Shown: piece by piece, positions 18,190-27,282 of the stretch
Layout of the letters: each line of letters begins with the position of its first letter
Numbering within the stretch: position 1 is the stretch's first letter
Source: Nitrospira sp.
Lineage (GTDB): Bacteria; Nitrospirota; Nitrospiria; Nitrospirales; Nitrospiraceae
Length of the DNA stretch: 64,000 nucleotides
Assembly (NCBI GenBank): GCA_016873495.1
Contig: VGXC01000012.1
Location: 8,434-72,433 of the forward strand
Reading direction: 5' to 3'
The notes under the pieces: generated by a model
Told to the model about the DNA's origin: nothing
Seen by the model: only the letters and a program-made list of their open reading frames with translations
Database searches by the model: none
Program-made: the position numbers and the translations under genes

Positions 18190-19064
18190 GATTTGTTCAG
18201 CCGCTCCCGCACGTCTTTGGCCCGCGTCAATTCCTTTTCGATGCCCGGACCGTCGCCCGTCTGAATGAGTCGCTTGAGTTCCTGAAGATGGCGGACATAG
18301 ATATCGATCTGAGCCACCACGTTATCCCGATTCCAAAGAAAAATGTCCCGCCACATCTCCGGCGAGCTGGCGGCAATGCGGGTCGTGTCGCGCAATCCGC
18401 CTCCCGCATAGGCCAGCAAATCCAACTCCGGCGTCTGGCGCTCCTTGACCTCCGTCAGGGCGTTGATCAGGGCGAAGGCCGCCGCATGGGGCAAATGGCT
18501 GACGGCGCCCAGGACCCGATCGTGTAGAAACGGATCCATCGAGAGCACGACGGAACCGGCTGTTTCCCAGACTTCGCGGACCGTGGCCAGCGCGCGCGCA
18601 TCGGTGCGTGCGGTCGGCGTCAAGATACAGCGGGCGCCCTTGAAGAGATCCACGGAACCGGCAGCCACGCCGGTTTTTTCCTTCCCGGCGATCGGATGAC
18701 CGCCCACGAAGCAGGCCCGTTCCGGCACCAGCCCTTCCGCTTGCGCGACCAGAGCCCCTTTGACGCTTCCGACATCGGTGACGATCGCCCCCTCGTCCAG
18801 GCACCCGGCCCAGTCCTTGAGGTGTCGTTCGTAGGTATCGACGGGCGTCGCCAAGACCACCAGGTCTGCGCCGGCGATTCCTTCCTTGGCGTCCGCCACG
18901 TACCGGTCGATCGCGCCCAGCGCCACGGCGGTTTTGAGATTCTCCACGCGCCGGCCGATACCTACCACCTGATCGGCTAAGGCCCGACGCTTGAGAATCA
19001 TCCCCAGCGAGCCGCCGATCAAGCCGACCCCGACGATCGCCACGTGTTTGAAATGGATGCCCAT
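18186..19064 (-). CDS. tyrA: prephenate/arogenate dehydrogenase
   Basis: N-terminal Rossmann GxGxxG (VGVGLIGGS) and HPIAG catalytic His motif. 4-nt overlap with aroA. Confidence 0.9.
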   Translation of the reverse strand: MGIHFKHVAIVGVGLIGGSLGMILKRRALADQVVGIGRRVENLKTAVALGAIDRYVADAKEGIAGADLVVLATPVDTYERHLKDWAGCLDEGAIVTDVGSVKGALVAQAEGLVPERACFVGGHPIAGKEKTGVAAGSVDLFKGARCILTPTARTDARALATVREVWETAGSVVLSMDPFLHDRVLGAVSHLPHAAAFALINALTEVKERQTPELDLLAYAGGGLRDTTRIAASSPEMWRDIFLWNRDNVVAQIDIYVRHLQELKRLIQTGDGPGIEKELTRAKDVRERLNKS

Positions 19065-19077
19065 AAGACTAATTATG

Positions 19078-19166
19078 AATGTTGAATCGTGAATTTTTCA
19101 TTGTGGGCCTGGCCTCGTCAATCACAGGCCGAGCAAATCATCATTCAACATTCACAATTCAACATT
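19078..19166 (-). promoter_or_regulatory. AT-rich structured intercistronic element (DAHP synthase-tyrA spacer)
   Basis: 16 of 17 bp long-range stem AATGTTGAATCGTGAAT (19078-19094) / ATTCACAATTCAACATT (19150-19166). It encloses a GC hairpin GGCCT...AGGCC. Both arms are built from TGAAT/ATTCA words. Confidence 0.5.
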
Positions 19167-19170
19167 ACTT

Positions 19171-20184
19171 TCAGATTTCCCGCCCGACCGCCGCCGCGAT
19201 TTTCTTGAGATCTTGCATCAATTCCTTGAACTTGCTCGGCTTGATAGATTCTTCCCCGTCGCAAAGGGCGCATTCGGGGTTGGAATGGACCTCGATCAAG
19301 AGACCGTCCGCGCCGGCGGCGATGGCGGCCTTGGACATCGGCGCCACCAAATTCCACTTGCCCGTGGCATGACTGGGGTCCACGATGACGGGCAAATGGG
19401 ACAGTTCCTTGAGCGTCGGCACCGCGGCCAGATCTAGGGTGTTCCGGTACTGGGTTTCGAACGTGCGGATGCCGCGCTCACACAGCATCACATTGCGGTT
19501 TCCGCGGGACATGATGTACTCGGCGGAGAGGAGAAACTCCTTGATCGTGGCCGAGAGCCCCCGTTTCAGCAACACAGGCTTGTCATAGGCGCCGACTTCC
19601 TTGAGCAGTTCGAAGTTTTGCATGTTGCGGGCGCCGATCTGGATGATGTCCGCCTTCTGCAGAAACAGCTCGATGTCGCGGGTGTCCAGAATTTCGCTCA
19701 CCACCGGCATGCCCGTCTGCTTCTTGGCCTCGATCAGGTAGTCCAGCCCTTCCCGTCCCACGCCCTGGAAGGAATAGGGCGACGTGCGCGGCTTGTAGGC
19801 TCCGCCCCGCAGGATGCTGCCCCCGGCGGCCTTCACCTCATGGGCAATGCCGACGGTCAGCTCAAGCTTCTCGACCGCGCAGGGCCCGGCCATGATCACC
19901 ACCTTCTGGCCGCCGACCTTGACGCCGTTCACATCGATAACCGTGTTGTCCTTCTTGAACTCGCGGCTGACGAGTTTCCACGGGGCCAGGATGGGCGTGA
20001 CGCTTTCCACGCCGGGAAACGCGGTGATCGGCTGATTCTGGAGGATGCGATCGTCGCCGATGACGCCGATGATCGTCCGCTCCTCTCCCTGCGTCATGTG
20101 CGATTTCAGGCCCAGCTCGCGCAGCCGGTCCAGCAAGTGATCGATCTGGGGCTCGGTGGCTTCGGGTTTCAGCACAATAATCAT
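19171..20184 (-). CDS. aroF: 3-deoxy-7-phosphoheptulonate (DAHP) synthase, class I-beta with N-terminal regulatory domain
   Basis: Start at [21 protein letters not shown]8PS-like core with [23 protein letters not shown] and VDPSHA motifs. The ORF-track N-terminal extension to 20448 overlaps hisC and is rejected. Confidence 0.9.
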   Translation of the reverse strand: MIIVLKPEATEPQIDHLLDRLRELGLKSHMTQGEERTIIGVIGDDRILQNQPITAFPGVESVTPILAPWKLVSREFKKDNTVIDVNGVKVGGQKVVIMAGPCAVEKLELTVGIAHEVKAAGGSILRGGAYKPRTSPYSFQGVGREGLDYLIEAKKQTGMPVVSEILDTRDIELFLQKADIIQIGARNMQNFELLKEVGAYDKPVLLKRGLSATIKEFLLSAEYIMSRGNRNVMLCERGIRTFETQYRNTLDLAAVPTLKELSHLPVIVDPSHATGKWNLVAPMSKAAIAAGADGLLIEVHSNPECALCDGEESIKPSKFKELMQDLKKIAAAVGREI

Positions 20185-20221
20185 GACAACCTCATGCGCT
20201 TGATATATCCGACCCTTTTGT

Positions 20222-21301
20222 TCATGTTCCGACGACCTTCTTGAGAGCGGCCAGAAACTGGCGGTTCTCCTCGGGAAGACCGATCGTGACGCGCACCATG
20301 CGCCCTTCGATATGGCGGACGATGACGCCCTCACGCAGGAGGGCTTGAAAGACCTCCCGCCCGTCGCGGCCGGCGTCGAAGTAGAGAAAATTTGCTTGGC
20401 TCGGCAGCGGCTGAAAACCCAGCGCGGCGAGCCCGGCCCGAACCGCACCCATCTCCGACTGGTTCAGCGCGCGGCTGCGCGCCACATGCTCCTCGTCGGC
20501 CAAGGCCGCCAGGGCCGCCCGTTGGGCCAGACTGTTGGCGTTGAACGGAGGTCGGAGGCGATTCAGGTATCCGGCAATCTCGCCCGTCGTCAAGCCATAG
20601 CCGATGCGCAGACCGGCCAGGCCGTAAATCTTGGAGAAAGTACGGAGCACGATCGCGTTGCGCCCTTGCTTGACATAGGCGAGGCTGTCCGGAAACTCGC
20701 GGCTCTGCACATACTCGTAATAGGCCTCGTCGAACACCACGATCACCGACTCCGGCACGCGCGCCATTAACCGGGTTACCTCGTCCGCGGTCACCATGGT
20801 TCCGGTGGGATTGTTGGGATTGCACAAGAACAGGAGCCTGGTCCTCGGCGTGACGGCCTCCACCATGGCGGCCAGGTCATGGCGGCCCTCCTGCGTAGGC
20901 ACGATGACGGGTTGCCCATGCGCGGCGGTCACTTCCATCTTATAAATCACGAAGGTCTGATCGGCCATGACCGCTTCGTCGCCGGGTGCCAGGAACGTCC
21001 GCGCCAGCAGGCCGATGATCTCGTCCGACCCGTTGCCCAGGATGACCTGCTCCGGCTGAACCTTCCAGCGATCCGCCAAGGCCACGCGCAGCTTGTGGGC
21101 GCCTCCGTCGGGATACCGATGCAACGTAGCCGTGGCCTCGGCAAGCACGGCCAGAGCCTTGGGCGAAGGCCCAAGCGGGTTTTCGTTGGACGCCAGCTTG
21201 ATAGCCTTGGGAATCCCCAGTTCACGTTCCAGCTCTTCCACAGGCTTGCCGGGAACGTAGGGGGTCAGGGACGCGATATCGGGATGAATTTTGAGCGGCA
21301 T
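20222..21301 (-). CDS. hisC: histidinol-phosphate/aromatic aminotransferase
   Basis: Start MPLKIHPDIASLTPYVPGKP. PLP-Lys motif TFSKIYGLAGLRIGY. Confidence 0.9.
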   Translation of the reverse strand: MPLKIHPDIASLTPYVPGKPVEELERELGIPKAIKLASNENPLGPSPKALAVLAEATATLHRYPDGGAHKLRVALADRWKVQPEQVILGNGSDEIIGLLARTFLAPGDEAVMADQTFVIYKMEVTAAHGQPVIVPTQEGRHDLAAMVEAVTPRTRLLFLCNPNNPTGTMVTADEVTRLMARVPESVIVVFDEAYYEYVQSREFPDSLAYVKQGRNAIVLRTFSKIYGLAGLRIGYGLTTGEIAGYLNRLRPPFNANSLAQRAALAALADEEHVARSRALNQSEMGAVRAGLAALGFQPLPSQANFLYFDAGRDGREVFQALLREGVIVRHIEGRMVRVTIGLPEENRQFLAALKKVVGT

Positions 21302-21306
21302 AGCGT

Positions 21307-22389
21307 TTAGTTGTGGGCCGGGTACGATCCGAGAATCTTCATGAACAGGCACCGGCCCTTGATCTCCTCCAGTGCCTTCTTCACCGGTTCCTCTTCGATA
21401 TGGCCTTCGACATCCACGAAGAAGATATATTCCCAGGCCTTGCGACGGGACGGCCGGGATTCAATTTTGGTCATGTTGAGGCCGTGGGAGGCGAAGGGCC
21501 GCAACAGATCGTAGAGCGCGCCGACCTTGTCCTTCACCGAGATCATGACAGAGGTCTTGTCTTTGCCGGTCCGCTCCGGCGCTTTCTTCGAGAGGACCAA
21601 AAAGCGGGTAAAGTTGTGGACATTGTCCTCGATCCGCGCCTTGATGATCTTCAAGCCGTAGAGTTGCGCCGCCAACTCGGAGGCAATGGCCGCAACCGTG
21701 GGATCGGTGGCGCAGATTTCGGCAGCCCGGGCCGTGCTGGTGACTTCCGAGACCGGCACCTGCGGCAAGTTGGTCTCCAGCCAGTGACGGCACTGGGCGA
21801 TCGGCTGCGGATGCGAATAAATTTTTGTGATGTCTTCGAGACGCCCGGTTTTCGACAGCAAGTTGTGGGACACCTCCAGGAGCACCTCGCCATAGATCAG
21901 CAGGGTTGAATCCACGAACATGTCGAGGGTGTAATTGACGACGCCCTCAGTCGAGTTTTCGATCGGCACCACCCCGAAGTTGGCCCGCCCCCGCTCCACC
22001 TCGTCGAATACATCCTTGATGCTGTTGACCGGGACATACTGGGCCGAAGCCCCGAATTTCTTGATGCAGGCCAGGTGAGTAAACGTGGCAGCCGGCCCGA
22101 AGTAGGCGACCTTCTGAGGCCCTTCCAGCGAGAGGGAGGCAGACATGATTTCCCGGTAGACGGGGCGGATCGCATCGTTGGGGAATGGGCCCTGATTTTG
22201 GGCCATGAGGCGGTTCACAATTTCCGCTTCCCGACCGGGCGTATGCAGGTTCGCGTTGCTGTCCGATTCCTTCTTCAGTTTGCCGATTTCGATGACGGAC
22301 TTGGACCGTTCGTTCAACAGACGCAGGATCTCGTCGTCGATCCGATCGATCTCCTTCCGGAACTTCTGGATGTCCTGCTGGTTCACCAT
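21307..22389 (-). CDS. pheA: bifunctional chorismate mutase / prephenate dehydratase
   Basis: Start MVNQQDIQKFRKEIDRIDDEILRLLNERS (chorismate mutase), then the dehydratase domain (TRFLVL) and an ACT domain (ESRPS). Confidence 0.92.
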   Translation of the reverse strand: MVNQQDIQKFRKEIDRIDDEILRLLNERSKSVIEIGKLKKESDSNANLHTPGREAEIVNRLMAQNQGPFPNDAIRPVYREIMSASLSLEGPQKVAYFGPAATFTHLACIKKFGASAQYVPVNSIKDVFDEVERGRANFGVVPIENSTEGVVNYTLDMFVDSTLLIYGEVLLEVSHNLLSKTGRLEDITKIYSHPQPIAQCRHWLETNLPQVPVSEVTSTARAAEICATDPTVAAIASELAAQLYGLKIIKARIEDNVHNFTRFLVLSKKAPERTGKDKTSVMISVKDKVGALYDLLRPFASHGLNMTKIESRPSRRKAWEYIFFVDVEGHIEEEPVKKALEEIKGRCLFMKILGSYPAHN

Positions 22390-22586
22390 AGGTAGCTCAG
22401 CCGGCCACAGCCTGTCACTGCCTGCGACCAGACAGGAAATGGTACAGGAAGCAAACTGGCTTTGCAAGATTTATCAATAGGATTCGAATGGTTGGGGGGG
22501 CCGCAACTCTGAGCGTTCGGCCACCTTTTCGGAGCCGGTTCGCAGAGGATTTTGACTGTGCACGCTGACGGCTGCCGGCTTCTTGG

Positions 22587-23591
22587 CTACGTCAGTAAAT
22601 CCTTAGTCTTTCCAAAGTGTTCAAACGTGAGCCTGGTGGCCTGGCGGCCGCGTGCGGTCCGCTCCAAGTAGCCGGATTGAATGAGGAATGGCTCGTAGAC
22701 GTCTTCCAACGTGCCTTTTTCCTCGTTGACGGCTGCAGCCAGGGATTCGACCCCGACCGGCCCTCCGCCGAACTTCTCGAGGATCGTCAGGAGAATCTTG
22801 CGATCCATGTCGTCGAACCCGGCCTGGTCCACTCCCAGCCAAGCCAAGGCGTCGCAGGCCACTTGGCGGGTGATTCGGCCCTCCGCTTTGATCTGAGCAA
22901 AGTCGCGCACGCGCTTGATCAAGCGGTTGACGATGCGCGGGGTTCCCCTGGCGCGACCGGCAATCTCCGCGGCTCCTTCAGGGACGATCGGAATGCCCAA
23001 GAGGCCGGCCGAACGGGTGACGATGGTTTGCAGATCGGCCGGCGTATAGAAATCCAGGCGGTTTACCAGCCCGAAGCGTTCCCGGAGGGGCGAAGTCAAG
23101 GCGCCGGCCCTGGTCGTCGCCCCGATCAGGGTGAAACGCGGCAGGTCCAGCTTGATCGTGCGCGTCGAGGGCCCCTGCCCGACAACCAAGTCGAGCTGGT
23201 AATCCTCCATGGCCGGGTAGAGCGCCTCCTCGACGGAGGCCGGCAATCGGTGGATTTCGTCGATGAAGAGGACATCGCGCTCCTGTAAATTCGTCAGGAT
23301 CGCCGCCAGGTCCCCCGCATGGGCCAGGACCAACCCCGAGGTCGAACGGATCGCCGCCCCCATCTCCCGCGCGATGATATGGGCGATAGTGGTCTTGCCC
23401 AAGCCGGGCGGCCCGTAAAAGATCGCGTGGTCCAGGGCTTCCCCCCTGCGTTTCGCGGCCGCGATGCAAATGCGCAGGGATTCCTTCATCCGTTCCTGCC
23501 CGACATATTCGTCGAGCGTCTGAGGACGGAGCGTGGCCTCCAGCCCCCGTTCGTCCTCCGTCAATTGACTGGTCACAATCCGGTCGGTCAC
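22587..23591 (-). CDS. ruvB: Holliday junction branch migration helicase RuvB
   Basis: 334 aa with Walker [10 protein letters not shown] and Walker B LFIDEIH. Confidence 0.97.
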   Translation of the reverse strand: MTDRIVTSQLTEDERGLEATLRPQTLDEYVGQERMKESLRICIAAAKRRGEALDHAIFYGPPGLGKTTIAHIIAREMGAAIRSTSGLVLAHAGDLAAILTNLQERDVLFIDEIHRLPASVEEALYPAMEDYQLDLVVGQGPSTRTIKLDLPRFTLIGATTRAGALTSPLRERFGLVNRLDFYTPADLQTIVTRSAGLLGIPIVPEGAAEIAGRARGTPRIVNRLIKRVRDFAQIKAEGRITRQVACDALAWLGVDQAGFDDMDRKILLTILEKFGGGPVGVESLAAAVNEEKGTLEDVYEPFLIQSGYLERTARGRQATRLTFEHFGKTKDLLT

Positions 23592-23634
23592 GCCGGCACC
23601 TCATGGCTCATTCCCCAAAGACAAGGCGGCCCGT

Positions 23635-24132
23635 TCACTTGCTCTCCTTCGCCGCATCTTTCGGAGCGGGCACGTATTGGGGCGGAGGCGGCATCGCCCC
23701 CTGCCCCGGCGTCGGCATCGTGCCGGCGCAATTCGGCGGACAGAAGAGCCCCCCCTGGGTCGGGTCTGGCAGGCGGTTCTCGAACTTCTCGAGCTGGCAC
23801 TGACTCATACGCCCCCCGTCCTCGCTCCCACAACGGGCCGGCAACGACGAGTAGCCCGCCTGGCGATAGCCCTCGGGACAAGACCCGCAGACCGCCAGCA
23901 AATTCATCGCGCCGATGGGCACGCATTCCACCAGGATCGGATCGCCGTCTTTGCAGATCTCCGGCGCCTGGGTGACCCCCGTCTTAGCATAGCCCGACGG
24001 GCACGTTCCGCAGGTCATCCTGATGCTCTTGGGCGATCCGTCCTCGCCCGAAGCGGCAGAGGGGAACGCGGCCCAGGCCAGGACCAGCAGTCCGCCGACG
24101 GCCAGGACCTTCGACCCGATGCTTTGCCCCAT
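23635..24132 (-). CDS. hypothetical secreted Cys-rich protein inserted between ruvA and ruvB
   Basis: Signal peptide VLAVGGLLVLAWAAFPSAASG. Duplicated module CG(T/S)CP(S/E)GY...G.....P..C, and a Pro-rich tail. Confidence 0.6.
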   Translation of the reverse strand: MGQSIGSKVLAVGGLLVLAWAAFPSAASGEDGSPKSIRMTCGTCPSGYAKTGVTQAPEICKDGDPILVECVPIGAMNLLAVCGSCPEGYRQAGYSSLPARCGSEDGGRMSQCQLEKFENRLPDPTQGGLFCPPNCAGTMPTPGQGAMPPPPQYVPAPKDAAKESK

Positions 24133-24135
24133 AGA

Positions 24136-24744
24136 CTATCCCCTTGCCAGGTCCTTCAGGACCTCTCGAATAACCTCTTTCAACGTGCCGGCCGCCGACG
24201 GACCGGCCGCCACGCGTTTGAGGGTCTGTTTGACCTCGGCAGGCTTGTACCCCAGATTAACCAGCGCGGACAAGGCGTCCTCCTGGAGTTGATTCAAGGG
24301 TTCGGAAGCGGGTTCCGGCAAGGCCGCGGATCCAGGAGCCAGCCGCTCGACCTTATCCTTGATCTCCAGCGCAATCCGCGCTGCGGTTTTCTTCCCGACG
24401 CCGGGCACCGTGGCCAGCTTGTCGACATCGCCGGCTCGTACCGCCGAAATCAGATCGGCGACGCTCAGGGCTGACAGGACGCTCAGGGCCAGCTTCGGGC
24501 CGATGCCGGAAATTCCCGTGAGCAGGATGAAGGCCTCCTTCTCCAAGAGGGTTAGGAAGCCGAAGAGCTGGATCGCATCCTCCCGCACATGGGTATGCAC
24601 GCTGAGCGAGGCCAGCTCGTTCAGCTCCGGCAGGGAATAAAAGGTACTGAGGGGGATAAGCACTTCATACCCGACGCCATGGACATCGAGCGTAATGTGG
24701 GAAGGAGCCTTGAAGGCCAGCCGGCCGGTCAGTGAAGCGATCAT
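24136..24744 (-). CDS. ruvA: Holliday junction DNA helicase RuvA
   Basis: Start MIASLTGRLAFK. HhH motifs GIGPKLA and GVGKKTAARI. Confidence 0.93.
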   Translation of the reverse strand: MIASLTGRLAFKAPSHITLDVHGVGYEVLIPLSTFYSLPELNELASLSVHTHVREDAIQLFGFLTLLEKEAFILLTGISGIGPKLALSVLSALSVADLISAVRAGDVDKLATVPGVGKKTAARIALEIKDKVERLAPGSAALPEPASEPLNQLQEDALSALVNLGYKPAEVKQTLKRVAAGPSAAGTLKEVIREVLKDLARG

Positions 24745-24759
24745 CGTCGAGGCAACGCG

Positions 24760-24835
24760 GAGTGATGAATGCAACCCGCTGAATGAAGGGCGCACAGCCG
24801 TCGCTCAGCGTTCATCGTTCAAGCATTCATCGTTC
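24760..24835 (-). promoter_or_regulatory. structured yebC-ruvA intercistronic element
   Basis: 13-bp stem (9 Watson-Crick pairs, 2 G-U, 2 Watson-Crick) GAGTGATGAATGC (24760-24772) / GCATTCATCGTTC (24823-24835). It encloses an inner CGCTGA/TCAGCG stem. The TGAAT/ATTCA word arms resemble the element at 19078-19166. Confidence 0.4.
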
Positions 24836-24836
24836 G

Positions 24837-25589
24837 TTAACCGGCCGCCGCCACTTTCTCCATGATCTCGTCCGGAATGTCGAAGTTCGCATGAACTTTC
24901 TGGACATCATCGTGCTCGTCCAGGATCTCCATTAGCTTGAGCATCTGCTCGGCCGCCTTCTCTTGAAGCTTTACATTATTCTGCGGCACGAAGGTCACTT
25001 CGGCCAGAGAGGATTCGATCTTCGCGTCGGTCAAGGCCTTCTTGACCGTCTCGAAGTCATGGGGATCGGTGATCACCTCGAAGGCCTTCTCATCCACCTT
25101 CACATCCTCGGCCCCGGCCTCCAGAGCCAGGGACAGGAGCTTATCCTCATCCACTTTTCCCTTTTCCACCACGATCAACCCCTTCTTGTGGAACTGCCAG
25201 GAAACGGCGCCGGCCTCGGCCATGTTGCCGCTGTTCTTCGTAAGCAGGTTCCGAATTTCCGCAACGGTGCGATTGCGGTTGTCGCTGGTAATCTCGAGCA
25301 GCACCGCCGTGCCCCCCGGCCCGTATCCTTCCAACGTAAACTCTTCGTAGGTAACGCCGGGAAGCTCGCCCGTGCCGCGCTGGATGGCTTTCTTCAGCGT
25401 GTCCCCGGGCATGTTGGCATCTTTGGCCTTGGCGATGGCCAGACGCAGGCGCGGGTTTCCGTCCGGATCGCCGCCGGCCCGGGCCGCAATGGTGATCTCG
25501 CGGATGATGCGGGTAAAGACTTTGCCGCGCTTGGCGTCCACCGACGCTTTGTGCCGCTTCGTGGTGGCCCAATGGCTATGGCCGCCCAT
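24837..25589 (-). CDS. yebC: YebC/PmpR family DNA-binding transcriptional regulator
   Basis: 250 aa, MGGHSHWATTKRHKA...GKVFTR. Confidence 0.95.
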   Translation of the reverse strand: MGGHSHWATTKRHKASVDAKRGKVFTRIIREITIAARAGGDPDGNPRLRLAIAKAKDANMPGDTLKKAIQRGTGELPGVTYEEFTLEGYGPGGTAVLLEITSDNRNRTVAEIRNLLTKNSGNMAEAGAVSWQFHKKGLIVVEKGKVDEDKLLSLALEAGAEDVKVDEKAFEVITDPHDFETVKKALTDAKIESSLAEVTFVPQNNVKLQEKAAEQMLKLMEILDEHDDVQKVHANFDIPDEIMEKVAAAG

Positions 25590-25685
25590 GATCGCTCCCC
25601 TCCAAATAGCGAAAATCGTCTGTATTTATGCGGTGGTTCTAGCACACCGCCTGGAGAAGTGTCAACGGCGCCAGGCCGGTGTGCC

Positions 25686-26024
25686 TCAAGCACGGGTGCC
25701 GGGCAGACTTGCCGGAGATGCGAAACGCCGCGCCGTTTTCGCCGCATCCAGGATGCTCCAGATCGAAAGGGCCAACAACGGCAGCGCCCGAAGCAGGATG
25801 GCCCAACTGTCTTGCGGCGGCGCGCCGGCAGCCAGGCCTTGCACGAGGCCGATGAGTCCGACGGAGACCCCCAACGCCCCGTCGATGACCAAGCCGGCAA
25901 TGAGCAGCGCCGCTCCCGTTCCCCATTGCCGGCAATAGAATTGACCGAGCCCGGGCATCAACCCGGAGAGGATGGCGGCCAGCATAGGACTTTTCGAGCG
26001 GTGGGAAGAAAGAGGCATCGTCAT
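25686..26024 (-). CDS. small membrane protein, PGLGQFY-motif paralogue 2
   Basis: PMLAAILSGLMPGLGQFYCRQWGTG...SIWSILDAAKTAR. Paralogous to the upstream gene. Start ATG 26024 or 26018. Confidence 0.55.
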   Translation of the reverse strand: MTMPLSSHRSKSPMLAAILSGLMPGLGQFYCRQWGTGAALLIAGLVIDGALGVSVGLIGLVQGLAAGAPPQDSWAILLRALPLLALSIWSILDAAKTARRFASPASLPGTRA

Positions 26025-26058
26025 CGCCGGACGACCAAGCCGAGCGTTCCTGCGTCGG

Positions 26059-26379
26059 CTATGCAGGGCCTCGTGCCTTGCGGAATGCATCCATGGCGCT
26101 CCAAATGATGCAGCCGATGAGGAACGGCCCGACGGTAAAGACCATGTCTTCGCGGCTCCAGAGCGGCGTCTGGTTGTAGGCGAGATTGGCCTTCGACAAG
26201 GTGCGAAGGCCGTTGGCCAAAATGAGCACGGCGCACCCGGCGCCCAAGAGAAAGCCCACTCCCTTTCCGATTTCGCGATTATAAAACTGGCCGAGGCCCG
26301 GCAGGAGCACCGACAGTATGGCGGCAAGGAGGGGGTTTTTGGGGGGTGTCTTGCGCGATTGGCGTCGTATGCGTGCCAT
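26059..26379 (-). CDS. small membrane protein, PGLGQFY-motif paralogue 1
   Basis: MARIRRQSRKTPPKNPLLAAILSVLLPGLGQFYNREIGKG...IIWSAMDAFRKAR. Confidence 0.6.
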   Translation of the reverse strand: MARIRRQSRKTPPKNPLLAAILSVLLPGLGQFYNREIGKGVGFLLGAGCAVLILANGLRTLSKANLAYNQTPLWSREDMVFTVGPFLIGCIIWSAMDAFRKARGPA

Positions 26380-26463
26380 GGCCCTTCGCCATTGCCGGTG
26401 GGTCGTAGTCAGCGGCCCCCACCACAAGGCCCCAAATCTTTCTCTGCGGGAACGATCCGGCCG

Positions 26464-27213
26464 CTACATGAACTTCATGAACTTGTCTTTGGCCTCGTCC
26501 ATCACCTGCGCCGTGATCGTGGTGGCGCCGCGCTCCTTCGCCAGTCGCTCGATCTCGCGGCGGGCCATGGGGCGGATGAAGTCCGGGATGTTTTCCAGCC
26601 GTTTCTCCGCGTCGGCCGACCAGGTGACGCCGTTCGAGTCGTTCTTGGAATCGTCCATCACCTGCAGCGTGATGGTGGTTAGGCCGTGCTTGCGGGCATA
26701 GGCCTCGATGCTGCTCTGCACCATCGGCTTGACGAAGGAGGGGAGCCGATCCAGCTTCTCTTTCGCATCCGGGGTCCAGGTAAAGTCCGACGTGCCGGGC
26801 TGGCTGCTGGACGTCAACCCCATCTGCGCCACCATGGCGGAGAAGGGACAACCGGCCGCCTTCTCGCCTTCTTTCGCCGGCGTCTCAGCGCTCGCCGTGA
26901 CGCCCGCCGCAGATGCGGCCGGCTTGCCGGCTTGAATCTTGTCATTCAAATAGGCCGCCATCTGACCGGACCCGGCGAGGGCCTCGTCTTTGAGCGTGCC
27001 GCGGGTCATTTCAAAGGGTTGGGCCGCCTCGGTGCGGCCGCCCAGCTTGACGCCGAGCGAACTGACCATCTGCGTCTCGCCCGGGTTCGTCACCATCGAG
27101 AACTTGGCGCTGCACGAGGGGCAGGCGAAAAAAACGCCCAGCGACCCTTCCGCAGGCTTTTCCACCTTTTCGAAGGTCATGTAGGTTTCACAATTCAAAC
27201 AGACGAATTTCAT
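26464..27213 (-). CDS. zinc-ribbon protein with two PCP_red domains
   Basis: N-terminal CLNC...CPSC ribbon. Then WTPDAKEKLDRLPSFVKPMVQSSIEAYARKHG and WSADAEKRLENIPDFIRPMARREIERLAKERGATTITAQVMDEAK, which closely resemble the ChlB/BchB C-terminal domain. Confidence 0.8.
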   Translation of the reverse strand: MKFVCLNCETYMTFEKVEKPAEGSLGVFFACPSCSAKFSMVTNPGETQMVSSLGVKLGGRTEAAQPFEMTRGTLKDEALAGSGQMAAYLNDKIQAGKPAASAAGVTASAETPAKEGEKAAGCPFSAMVAQMGLTSSSQPGTSDFTWTPDAKEKLDRLPSFVKPMVQSSIEAYARKHGLTTITLQVMDDSKNDSNGVTWSADAEKRLENIPDFIRPMARREIERLAKERGATTITAQVMDEAKDKFMKFM

Positions 27214-27282
27214 ATGGAACTCCTTGGGGAAGTTGTCAGTATTCAGGTCTCGGCCTACTGAAGACTGATCACTGAGAACTGT

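Noticed and set aside
19171-20448. 425-aa version of the DAHP synthase ORF, and the 631-aa ORF 53931..55826.
   Set aside because: The upstream parts overlap neighbouring genes (hisC; the 54003-54650 ORF on the other strand) and have shadow-ORF composition. Internal ATGs give full-length family-typical proteins.
22485-22575. Possible fourth, degenerate copy of the MITE-like repeat in the ruvB-pheA spacer (GTTGGGGGGGCCGCAACTCTGAG… and …GGATTTTGACTGTGCACGCTGACGGC).
   Set aside because: The similarity is patchy and no terminal inverted repeats are identifiable. It is mentioned only as a lead for a genome-wide search.
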